A stretch of 64,000 nt of DNA from an uncultured delta proteobacterium (GTDB taxonomy: Bacteria > Desulfobacterota > Binatia > Binatales > Binataceae). Every line of letters begins with the position of its first letter. Within the stretch, counting starts at the first letter, position 1. A program made the position numbers and the translations under genes. The notes under the pieces are model-generated. The model saw nothing but the letters and a program-made list of their open reading frames with translations. It made no database searches and had not been told where the DNA came from. Of the stretch, positions 18,058 through 26,710 are shown one piece after another. Location of the stretch: positions 992,001-1,056,000 of the forward strand of contig CAVQEQ010000003.1 of assembly GCA_963711565.1 (NCBI GenBank), written 5' to 3'.

Positions 18058-20790
18058 ATGCTGGTAATGTCGAAAGGCGCGCTCAGTGTAGGCCAGGCCG
18101 AGACCTACTATCAGGAGAAGTACTCCGAGGACGACTACTATACCGAGTCCCACCGCGTCGCCGGCGAGTGGTCCGGGAAAGCGGCCGAGATCCTCGGGCT
18201 GAGTGGGACCGTCAGCGAGGAAGACTTTCGGACCATCTTGCGCGGAACGAGACCCGGTAGCGGCGAAGTGCTTGTCAGCCCCGCCGCCGGCCGGGACGAA
18301 CGCCGCGCAGGTTGGGATGCGACTTTCAATGCGCCCAAGTCAGTCAGCATCCAGGCGCTCGTTGGCGAAGATTCGCGCCTGCTAGAGGCGCATCGGCGTG
18401 CGGTCGAGTTCGCACTCTCGGAACTTGAAAAGTTCGCACAGGCGCGCCGCCATCGCGGACAGGAGTGGGTTACCACTGGCAACTTCGTTGCGGCCCGCTT
18501 CGAGCACATCGCCGCGCGGCCATCGGAGACCGGGACCCAGGACGGCTACGGCCCCGACCCTCATCTCCACACGCACGTCGTAATCGCCAACATGACGCTT
18601 CGGCCGGACGGCATGTGGCGGAGTCTCGACCCCGTCGAGATCTATCGCAGCCAGAGCTTCACGACCGCGGTTTACCGCTCGGAACTTGGCCGCGAGGTCC
18701 AAGCGCTCGGATATCAAATCAGCGTAACCGCGGCCGACGGACGCTGGGAGCTGCAAGGATACACGCGCGAACAGGTAATGGCGTTTTCCCGCAGACGCCA
18801 AGACATCGAAGCACTTCTGAATCGCCAAAACTCGACCGGAGCGGCAGCGGCCCAAATCGCCGCCCATCAAAGCCGCCTCGCCAAAGAAAAGCGCAACGAA
18901 AATGAGCTGCGCGCGGAATGGAAGGCGCGCGCTCATGACAATCGAATCGCACTCGCCGAGATTTCGGAACGCGCGCTCGCGCGCGGCCCCTCGCAGGCGG
19001 TTTCTCCGGCCGCGATCGAGGAGGCGCTCAGCTTCAGCGTAGCTCACAACACCGAACGCGAAGCCGTTACTGACCGGCGCGCTCTGGAACGTACCGCTCT
19101 TCAGTACGCAATGGGAATCGCCGATCTGGTGGGTGTGCGGCGCGAGACCGGCCTTCGGGAATCACGTGGCGATCTAATTGCTCTTGGAACTTCGCCTTCG
19201 TCTCCGGCGATTGCGTACACCACGCCCGAGATGGTGGCGCTGGAGCGTGAGAATCTCGAACTCATGCGCGCCGGCAGAGGGCGCGCCCAGTCAATCACTA
19301 CCGAACAGCGCGCGCGTAGTTGGGCAGCGGGCCGCTCACTATCCGCCGAACAGGTGCAGGCAGCAACGCTGACACTGACCGCGACTGATTGGCTTACCGC
19401 GATCGAAGGTCGCGCAGGCGCAGCGAAGACCACCACGGTCGGAGCGCTTAACGAGTTCGCTGACAGCACTGGCTACACTGTACGCGGTTTCGCTCCGACC
19501 ACGCGCGCCGTAAAAGCGCTCTCCGAAGCCGGCATCCGGTCCAGAACAGTGGCGAGTCTGCTCGCAAGCCCGCTTCCTGATCGGGCACCCAAAGAGCTGT
19601 GGATCATCGACGAGTCGAGCCTGCTCGGTACTCGCCAGATGAACGCGCTGCTGCACAAGGCGCGAGAGGCCGGGGTCGGTCGGGTCGTCTTCGTCGGCGA
19701 CCAGCGCCAGCATCACGCCATCGAGGCTGGCCGGCCCATCCAACAGATGCAGCGAGCAGGCATGTCCGTCGCGCGATTGGAGACCATCCGTCGCCAAGTC
19801 GATCCCGGATTGCGTGAAGCGGTCACGCTCGCGTCGCGTGGAGAGGTCGGACAGGCAATCGCACTCCTCGAGCGGCAGGGCCGCGTCCGCGAGATCGTAG
19901 ATCCGAATGAGCGCCACGCAGCGATCGCGCGCGAATACCTTGCTGCGCACGAAGCAGGTGAAAAGGTTCTCGTCGTCAGCCCGGCCAACGATGAGCGCCG
20001 CCAGTTGAACGCGGCAATTCGCGCGGCCCTCAAGGAACGCGGGCACATCAGCTCCGACGGACGAGAACAGATCGTGCTCGTGAAACGCGAGCTGACCCGG
20101 CCTCAGCGTAAACGCGGACAGAGTTACGAGGTCGGCGACGTGCTCCGATTCCGGCGGGGAAGTGCGCGCCTGGGCATCGATCGCGGAAGTTACGCCCAGA
20201 TCGAAGCAATCGATCCGGAACGGAACCAAATGGTGGTACGAGATGAAGGAGGAAAAGCTGTCAGCTACGATCCCTCGCGGCTGTCCGGAGTCGAGGTCTT
20301 CCGTCAGGAGCGCCGCGTTCTCGGCGCAGGCGACCGGATTCAATTCCGCGCGCCGGATCGTGCCCTTGGCGTCGCTAATGGAGAGTTTGCGACAATCATT
20401 GCCATCGACGATCACAGAGCGCGGCTGCGCATCGACAACGAGCGCCAGATCGGCGCGGCAATCGCACGTCTGAAGCACATCGACTACGGCTACGCCTCGA
20501 CCTCCCACTCAAGCCAAGGCGCCACGGTTGATCGTGTGATCGCTAATATCGATACGCTCCGCTCGGCTGAACTCGTGAACCGCAAGCAGTTCTACGTCTC
20601 AATCAGCCGGGCGCGCCACGCAGCGACGATCTACACCGACCACCGCTCGGCCCTCCAGCACGCGGTCAGCCGCACCCGCGAGAAGTCGATCGCCTTGGAG
20701 CGCCTCGATCTAAACGCGGGACGAGACATCACGATGGTTCCAGAACCACGCCGCCAGACCATCACGCCGAGCCACGGAATTCGCAGGTGA
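18058..20790 (+). CDS. MobF (TrwC/TraI) relaxase-helicase
   Basis: ETYY...DDYY catalytic tyrosines, DATFNAPKSVS, DPHLHTH, GRAGAAKTT, IIDES, FVGDQRQH, HSSQGATVD, YVSISRAR. Confidence 0.96.
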   Translation: MLVMSKGALSVGQAETYYQEKYSEDDYYTESHRVAGEWSGKAAEILGLSGTVSEEDFRTILRGTRPGSGEVLVSPAAGRDERRAGWDATFNAPKSVSIQALVGEDSRLLEAHRRAVEFALSELEKFAQARRHRGQEWVTTGNFVAARFEHIAARPSETGTQDGYGPDPHLHTHVVIANMTLRPDGMWRSLDPVEIYRSQSFTTAVYRSELGREVQALGYQISVTAADGRWELQGYTREQVMAFSRRRQDIEALLNRQNSTGAAAAQIAAHQSRLAKEKRNENELRAEWKARAHDNRIALAEISERALARGPSQAVSPAAIEEALSFSVAHNTEREAVTDRRALERTALQYAMGIADLVGVRRETGLRESRGDLIALGTSPSSPAIAYTTPEMVALERENLELMRAGRGRAQSITTEQRARSWAAGRSLSAEQVQAATLTLTATDWLTAIEGRAGAAKTTTVGALNEFADSTGYTVRGFAPTTRAVKALSEAGIRSRTVASLLASPLPDRAPKELWIIDESSLLGTRQMNALLHKAREAGVGRVVFVGDQRQHHAIEAGRPIQQMQRAGMSVARLETIRRQVDPGLREAVTLASRGEVGQAIALLERQGRVREIVDPNERHAAIAREYLAAHEAGEKVLVVSPANDERRQLNAAIRAALKERGHISSDGREQIVLVKRELTRPQRKRGQSYEVGDVLRFRRGSARLGIDRGSYAQIEAIDPERNQMVVRDEGGKAVSYDPSRLSGVEVFRQERRVLGAGDRIQFRAPDRALGVANGEFATIIAIDDHRARLRIDNERQIGAAIARLKHIDYGYASTSHSSQGATVDRVIANIDTLRSAELVNRKQFYVSISRARHAATIYTDHRSALQHAVSRTREKSIALERLDLNAGRDITMVPEPRRQTITPSHGIRR

Positions 20791-20824
20791 CCCGGTCATG
20801 CCGGGCACTACTGTCGAATCGTTA

Positions 20825-21025
20825 CGTTCATCGTCGCTCCGCTATGAGCGCGGGCACTCGGACTCCGCAAGCTTCGCCGCTCGGCCACGCGGCGCAAGGC
20901 GCCGCTCACGCTCCGCTTCGCGCCGCTGTGAAGGTGGCGCTTGCTCCGCGCGCAACCGCGCCGCCGGCACTCCGCGCCGAACGCTGCGCTCGGCACGCTT
21001 GCAACGCTCCGCTGCGCGCATCTCA
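20825..21025. other. GC-rich multi-hairpin non-coding tract, ssi/sso-like candidate
   Basis: Repeated CGCTCCGC/CTCCGC motifs and short stems after the relaxase; no credible ORF. Confidence 0.35.
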
Positions 21026-21184
21026 GAATCCGGCACCGCCCTCCAGACTCGATCGAGAGGGCGGCGCCTTCAAAATGCCGCGCATTCAAACAGGATCGGA
21101 GCGCCCTGGCCCTTGGGGCAAGCGGGCGCGGACAGTCAGATTGAAGCCGTCGGGTTGCGCAAAAAACTGTGCTTACATCCGCGC

Positions 21185-21218
21185 TTGACTTATGCTCTAA
21201 ATATAGCTAAATAGCTAA
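21185..21218 (+). promoter_or_regulatory. Sigma70-like promoter of xis-int with GCTAnATAGC operator
   Basis: TTGACT-17-TAAATA; GCTAAATAGC 21206-21215 in the same register as in the 15011 promoter. Confidence 0.65.
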
Positions 21219-21278
21219 TTGAACCAAAGGGTAACTTCATTCGAGTCTGGACTGATAGCACCAGCCAATTGTTGTTCG

Positions 21279-21569
21279 ATGGCTGCGAACCTCAAATTTG
21301 AACGCGAAGGGGAAGGAGCCGCCGCACGGCAAGCAGCGCTCTCGGCGGTACTGCGCGCAACCGCCGGGGATGCCAAAGTCCTCGAACTCTATCAGCTTCT
21401 CACCGCAGAACAGGCGGCCCGCTTTCTCGGCCTGGCTGAGCCGACCCTTCGCGACATGACTTATCGACACGAGTTACCTCACGTAAAGGTTGGCAAGCGG
21501 GGCGTCCGTTATCGCGTTATTGATTTGATTGGCTGGAGCGACCGCCGGAGCGTCGCTGTTGCATCTTGA
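21279..21569 (+). CDS. Excisionase-like HTH_17 DNA-binding protein
   Basis: LLTAEQAARFLGLAEPTLRDM...LPHVKVGKRGVRY; directly upstream of integrase. Confidence 0.85.
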   Translation: MAANLKFEREGEGAAARQAALSAVLRATAGDAKVLELYQLLTAEQAARFLGLAEPTLRDMTYRHELPHVKVGKRGVRYRVIDLIGWSDRRSVAVAS

Positions 21570-21671
21570 GTGAATGATCACGAACTCGCGAAGCTCTGCC
21601 CGACCAGCCCTTGGTAACGGGGAACACGCCAGTTACTGGGTCACGCCGGCGCGGAGAAGGAGGCGACGAAC

Positions 21672-22760
21672 ATGGCACGAGTCGGTAGCAGGGATCGCGG
21701 CCTTTTTGAGCGGCCGACGGGTTCCGGAATTTGGTGGATTCGGTATCACGACCTGAACGGAATAGAGCGGCGGGAGAAGGCCGGCCCGAAAGGATTTGCG
21801 CGCAAGCTGTACGAGAAGCGAAAGACTGAAATCCGTGAAGGCCGATACTTCCCACCCGAACGCCGAAGACCGGTGATGTTTGCCGATATCCTCCAAAGCT
21901 ACCAGCGCGCCGCCGAAGCGGAAGGCCGGTCCGAAGCATGGGGTCCAGAACGTTACCGCCGATTGCGAGAGAGGTTCGGCGGCCAACCTGCCGCCTCAGT
22001 TACTCCGGCAGCGGTCGAGGCTTTCCGCGATGAATTGTCGCGCGACCATGCGCCAGCAACCGTCAATCGCCACCTTCAACTCTTGCGCGCCATTTTTCTC
22101 AGAGCGCTCCGTGACGGCAAAGTCGAATCAGCTCCAACTGGCAAGGTCAGATTCTATCGCGAGAACAACAAGCGCGTGCGCTATCTGAGCGATGAGGAGG
22201 AACTCCGGCTCTTCGATGCGTTGCCGAATTGGTTACATCCCCTCGTGACCATCGCGCTCCACACCGGGATGCGCAGAGGAGAGCTGCTCAATCTTTGTTG
22301 GGCCGACGTTGATTTTACTAGCGGGACTATCACGGTCCGCGAACCGAAGTCGGGAGAAAACGAGCACGTCGTTATGAACGATACCGCGAGGCAGACGCTT
22401 CGAGCTCTATGGGAGAAGCGATCAAAAGTCGTCGCGATCAAGCCTCGGGGACAAGACAATTCGGGCGGTTACGTTTTCACCGCACCTGAAGGCGGTTACA
22501 TTCACACTCTCAACCGATACTGGTACCCAGCGCTAGGACGCGCCCAGATCGAATCCTTCCGCTTCCACGACCTGCGACACACCTTCGCCTCGCGCGCTGC
22601 TATGAGCGGCGTCGATCTGTATACTCTACAAGGGCTGATGAGGCACCGAAGTCCACAGATGACGCAACGCTATGCGCACCTGAGCGCGGCTCATCAGCGA
22701 GAGGCCGTTCGGACTCTTGATCGTTGGCGGCAGCGACAAAACGCGGCGTTGCAGAGTTGA
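21672..22760 (+). CDS. int: Tyrosine recombinase/integrase
   Basis: HTGMRRGE, FHDLRHTFAS, MRH...MTQRYAH; RBS AGGAGG. Confidence 0.96.
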   Translation: MARVGSRDRGLFERPTGSGIWWIRYHDLNGIERREKAGPKGFARKLYEKRKTEIREGRYFPPERRRPVMFADILQSYQRAAEAEGRSEAWGPERYRRLRERFGGQPAASVTPAAVEAFRDELSRDHAPATVNRHLQLLRAIFLRALRDGKVESAPTGKVRFYRENNKRVRYLSDEEELRLFDALPNWLHPLVTIALHTGMRRGELLNLCWADVDFTSGTITVREPKSGENEHVVMNDTARQTLRALWEKRSKVVAIKPRGQDNSGGYVFTAPEGGYIHTLNRYWYPALGRAQIESFRFHDLRHTFASRAAMSGVDLYTLQGLMRHRSPQMTQRYAHLSAAHQREAVRTLDRWRQRQNAALQS

Positions 22761-22882
22761 GGATTGGTGCCGGTTGTGGTGCCGGTTCGCCCACGAATTT
22801 GGACGGAATCCAACGAGTTCAAACGATGAAAAGTCCTTGCATTTCTTAGATTCCTGAGTAGCAGTATCGGTTCCGGCGCGTT

Positions 22883-22927
22883 CTCATAACCCGGAGGTCG
22901 AAGGTTCAAATCCTTCCCCCGCAACCA
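22883..22927 (+). repeat. att site: duplicated 3' half of initiator tRNA-Met(CAT)
   Basis: CTCATAACCCGGAGGTCGAAGGTTCAAATCCTTCCCCCGCAACCA = anticodon loop, T arm, acceptor 3' strand, CCA; no 5' half upstream. Confidence 0.9.
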
Positions 22928-23027
22928 TTAGTCTCACTTTTCTCGCCAATCAAATTTGGGCGATTATATACTTGACGTACCGATTTGTGTATAGTTTCGG
23001 GCCAAATGAAAGGGGAGGCCCGAATGT

Positions 23028-24347
23028 ATGCCCGAAACGATTGCGATCAAACCCGCCGATCTTCTGATCGATGAAGAGAATCCGAGGCTCTCACAACCGA
23101 ACGTCGGTCAGCACAAAGCTCAACAAGCGCTAGCCGAACACCAACAGAAAAAGTTAGAGAGATTGGCTCACGACATCCAGCTTTACGGACTCGATCCGTC
23201 ATCGCTGCCGATTGTGATGCCGTATGGAGAGGGCTCCAATCGATACCTTGTTCTCGAAGGTAATCGGCGGCTGCTGGCTCTGAAAGCATTGGAAAATCCA
23301 GACTCGCTAGCGGAAGGACTCAAGCCAAACATACTCAAACAAATCCGCCGCATCAGCCACGCATATCAAGAGAATCCGATTGAGACAGTTCAATGCGTGG
23401 TCGTGGCCAGCCGCGATGAAGCCCGACATTGGATGGAGTTGCGTCACACTGGACTAAACGAAGGGGCTGGGCTGATGGATTGGGGCTCTGACGAAGCGGC
23501 GCGGTTTCGTGCGAGAACCGGCGGTCTAGAAATCCATTCGCAAGCGTTGAACTTCTTGGAGCAGCTCGGTGCCTTGACGCCAGAACTACGCCGAAAAGTT
23601 CCTGCCACAAGCTTCAAACGCCTAATCGGAACGCCAGAGGTTCGCGCGAAACTTGGCGTCGAGGTGTTGGACGGCAAACTGTACCGGCTCGCTGACAAAA
23701 AGCGCATCGCGAAGGCGATGATGTACGTCGTAAACGATCTCGCTTCCGGCGCGACTAAGGTCGGCAAGATATACCTTAGACCCGATCGCATCAAATATGC
23801 GGATGCTCTTCCGAAAGAGATCGTAGTCACGGCGACGACGAAGTCTGGTCATGGCGAGCCGATTGATTCATCGAGTGGTTCGGCGCGTCCGCGAGGAGCG
23901 ACTACGCCGCGCCCTCGTTCGCGTGACAAGTTGATTCCGCGCGATTGCGTTCTCAACACGACTGATCTTCGGTGCCGCGATATTGAGAGTGAATTGCGCC
24001 GATTGAGTCTCACCAATTCAGCGAATGCCGTCAGCGTGCTGTTCAGAGTCTTCATCGAGCTTTGCGCAGACGATTACATTGAGCGGCTCAAGCTGCCTCT
24101 CACGGCAGACGACAGGCTCGTCACCAAATTGCAGATCGCGTCGCACGATTTGGTGACGCGCAACAAACTGACTAAACAGCAAGCTCGCCCCGTAAATCGC
24201 GCAGCGGCCAAAGATTCTTTTCTCGCCCCGTCCGTCAATATCTTTAACGACTACGTTCACAACAAGAACGTGTTTCCGGCGGGCGGCGATCTGCGCGCCT
24301 ACTGGGATAGCTTACAGCCGTTCGTTGTCGCGATGTGGGCACCATGA
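23028..24347 (+). CDS. ParB/Srx-like N-terminal domain protein with possible C-terminal HEPN-like domain
   Basis: LLIDEENPRL, VLEGNRRLLALK; C-terminal NAVSVLFRVFIE...FNDYVH; RBS GGAGG. Confidence 0.7.
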   Translation: MPETIAIKPADLLIDEENPRLSQPNVGQHKAQQALAEHQQKKLERLAHDIQLYGLDPSSLPIVMPYGEGSNRYLVLEGNRRLLALKALENPDSLAEGLKPNILKQIRRISHAYQENPIETVQCVVVASRDEARHWMELRHTGLNEGAGLMDWGSDEAARFRARTGGLEIHSQALNFLEQLGALTPELRRKVPATSFKRLIGTPEVRAKLGVEVLDGKLYRLADKKRIAKAMMYVVNDLASGATKVGKIYLRPDRIKYADALPKEIVVTATTKSGHGEPIDSSSGSARPRGATTPRPRSRDKLIPRDCVLNTTDLRCRDIESELRRLSLTNSANAVSVLFRVFIELCADDYIERLKLPLTADDRLVTKLQIASHDLVTRNKLTKQQARPVNRAAAKDSFLAPSVNIFNDYVHNKNVFPAGGDLRAYWDSLQPFVVAMWAP

Positions 24348-24392
24348 GCGCAGCTATGGCCATGAACAGTTCAATCGGCTAAGTTGCGCGGT

Positions 24393-25451
24393 ATGCCCTT
24401 TTACACGCCCCTCAGATACCCAGGTGGAAAGCGTCGGCTAGCGCACGCGATAATGCTCCTGATCAGGGAGACCGGCTTGAAAGATGTGCAATATGCTGAG
24501 CCGTTTGCTGGCGGCGCGGCTGTCGCTTTGGCGCTTCTCTTTGAAGAATATGCATCGGTAATCCACATCAACGATCTGAGTCGTCCCGTATACGCCCTCT
24601 GGCACGCGGTTCTCAACGATACGAATGAACTGTGTCGTCGAATCGAAAAGTCACGAACCACGATAGCCGAATGGAAACGACAGCGCGCCGTTTATGTGCG
24701 GCGGGATGAAGCTGACCTTCTAGAGTTAGGATTTGCCGCACTCTTCCTGAACCGCACAAACCGTTCGGGAATCATCAACGGGGGTGTCATCGGCGGACAG
24801 AAACAAACCGGAAAATGGGGAATCGACGCGCGGTTCAACAAGCCGGAACTCATACAGCGCATCCGAAAAATCGGTCGGTACAGCAATCGCGTCCGGCTAT
24901 ATCAGTTGGATGCGATTGCGTTTACGGATCGTCTCGCACCCACGCTCGGACGCGATGCGTTTTTTTTCTTCGATCCGCCCTACATGGAAAACGGTCAAGA
25001 CCTCTACTTAAACGACTACAGCGAGGACGATCATCGGCGCTTGGCAGCCCGCGTATTTCAACTCGAACAACCTTGGGTCGTAACTTACGACTATGCCGCA
25101 GTGTCGTCTGGCCTATACTCTTCGCAGCGTCGGATGATTTACGGGTTTCCCTACAGCGCGCAGAATCGGTACAAAGGCAGAGAGGCGATGTTTTTGTCCG
25201 ATCGCCTGACGCTACCGAATACGTGGGACGGATCAAAGCCGATTCTTCTGGCCTCGCCAGATTCGGAGTATCCGTATTATGGTAGGTTATCGAGTATGAA
25301 AACTCATCCTGAAATGGAAGAAGGCCCCAAGGCAGCCGACCGTTTCGTCAATGCATTGAAAACGGTTCTCGCTGTATCCAAAAGCGCGGTTCCCAATCCG
25401 TTCAGGAAGCCACGGCGCAAGAAAAAAAGCCCGACTACTCGCAAGAGCTAG
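24393..25451 (+). CDS. D12-class N6-adenine DNA methyltransferase (Dam-like) with C-terminal extension
   Basis: TPLRYPGGK, EPFAGGA, INDL, FLNRTNRSG, FDPPY. Confidence 0.93.
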   Translation: MPFYTPLRYPGGKRRLAHAIMLLIRETGLKDVQYAEPFAGGAAVALALLFEEYASVIHINDLSRPVYALWHAVLNDTNELCRRIEKSRTTIAEWKRQRAVYVRRDEADLLELGFAALFLNRTNRSGIINGGVIGGQKQTGKWGIDARFNKPELIQRIRKIGRYSNRVRLYQLDAIAFTDRLAPTLGRDAFFFFDPPYMENGQDLYLNDYSEDDHRRLAARVFQLEQPWVVTYDYAAVSSGLYSSQRRMIYGFPYSAQNRYKGREAMFLSDRLTLPNTWDGSKPILLASPDSEYPYYGRLSSMKTHPEMEEGPKAADRFVNALKTVLAVSKSAVPNPFRKPRRKKKSPTTRKS

Positions 25452-25470
25452 CGGGCTTTTCGGCACTGGT

Positions 25471-25704
25471 TCAGTTTGAATCTTCGTAATATTCTTCGTC
25501 CACAATCCAGGGCCAACCGAAGGTGAATGCGAGCGCTCGCGCGGCCTCTAAACGCTCGGCGAATTTCTGAGCAAGCGGATCAAAGTTCTCATCGTCGTCG
25601 CACGGCGGTGCGCTGCCATACTCTGTATCTTGACCAGCATCGACAAACGCTCGTGACGATCCTTTTTCACTGACCATAGTTCGCCAACGTGGTCTCGTCG
25701 TCAT
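25471..25704 (-). CDS. Small acidic hypothetical passenger protein
   Basis: 77-aa ORF co-oriented downstream of transposase, GAGG RBS. Confidence 0.4.
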   Translation of the reverse strand: MTTRPRWRTMVSEKGSSRAFVDAGQDTEYGSAPPCDDDENFDPLAQKFAERLEAARALAFTFGWPWIVDEEYYEDSN

Positions 25705-25759
25705 GGAAATTGACCTCGATTCTAGGTTTTTCGTTTGCCTCGGTTTTGTCGCTGGCGCT

Positions 25760-26710
25760 CTAGTTGAGCACTGCGGGAGATGGTTCGATGTCCTTGCCGG
25801 TCAGGTGCTCGTAGGTCAGTCGTTTGTCCGTGATCTGGGCGAGTGCGCGACTGAATCGGTCGAACTCTCCGCCCTTGCGATTGTTGAATCGAAACGCCTG
25901 CTCGTCCAGATAGCGGAACAGATGGAACGGCTCGACGCTGATATACGTTCCCTTCAATCCGCGTTTTAGCAGACTCCAAAAATTCTCGATGCCGTTCGTA
26001 TGTACGTTACCTCGCACGTAGGTTTCAGCGTGATCGATCACGTTATGCACGTACTCGCGATCCAATCCGTGATAGCCAAGCCACGCATCGCTGAAAATAT
26101 ATGAACCGCCTTTAATGTGTTCTCGGACGAAACCTTGAAGTGTCGATGCCTGCGTATTGGCGATGTGGCGTAAGCGAACCTTCTTGGTATTACGATCCAG
26201 CACTCCCATCACGATTGCTTTTCCGGCCCCGCCCGTGCCCGTGATCTTTGCCTTCTTGTTTTTGTGCATGTTGCGGGCGAGGCCACCGATAAAAGATTCG
26301 TCTACTTCAAACTCCCCAGACGCTAGCTCAAACCCGCCATCTTTCAGGGCCATGCGGAGTCGATGAGCCATGAACCATGCGGTCTTTTGCGTGACTCCGA
26401 GATCGCGCGCCAGTTCGCAGGAACTTATCCCATTTCTACAGTTTACGACGAGCCACAGAGCCGGAAGCCACTTATCCAATCCCAAGGGAGAATCTTCAAA
26501 GATCGTTCCGGTCTTGAGAGAGAACTTCGGTTTCGGATGGCCGCTGTAGCACTTCCATACTCGATTCTTCGCCAAGTACGTTAGCTTGATTGAGCCGCAG
26601 TACGGACACTTGACGCCATCCGGCCATCGAAGCTGCATCATGAGCCGCTTGCAGTTCTCGAAATCCTTGAAGTGAATGATCGCTTGTTGAAGGGTGTTGA
26701 TTCCGTCCAT
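25760..26710 (-). CDS. IS1595-family (ISXO2-like) DDE transposase
   Basis: RWPDGVKCPYC Zn ribbon, EFEVDES, FSD, HTNGIENFWSLLKR, YLDEQAFRFNNR. Confidence 0.96.
   Translation of the reverse strand: MDGINTLQQAIIHFKDFENCKRLMMQLRWPDGVKCPYCGSIKLTYLAKNRVWKCYSGHPKPKFSLKTGTIFEDSPLGLDKWLPALWLVVNCRNGISSCELARDLGVTQKTAWFMAHRLRMALKDGGFELASGEFEVDESFIGGLARNMHKNKKAKITGTGGAGKAIVMGVLDRNTKKVRLRHIANTQASTLQGFVREHIKGGSYIFSDAWLGYHGLDREYVHNVIDHAETYVRGNVHTNGIENFWSLLKRGLKGTYISVEPFHLFRYLDEQAFRFNNRKGGEFDRFSRALAQITDKRLTYEHLTGKDIEPSPAVLN

Larger units (their letters stand above)
1..22927 (+). mobile_element. Integrative mobilisable element / reduced ICE at tRNA-fMet; left end outside window
   Basis: int-xis-MobF-T4CP-ImmR/ImmA backbone ending in tRNA 3' duplication; no second att copy seen, so inclusion of 1-13900 is inferred. 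Confidence 0.75.

Noticed and set aside
22850-22927. Intact tRNA-Met gene
   Set aside because: Only the anticodon loop to CCA is present; upstream bases give no D arm or acceptor 5' strand, so it is an att remnant.
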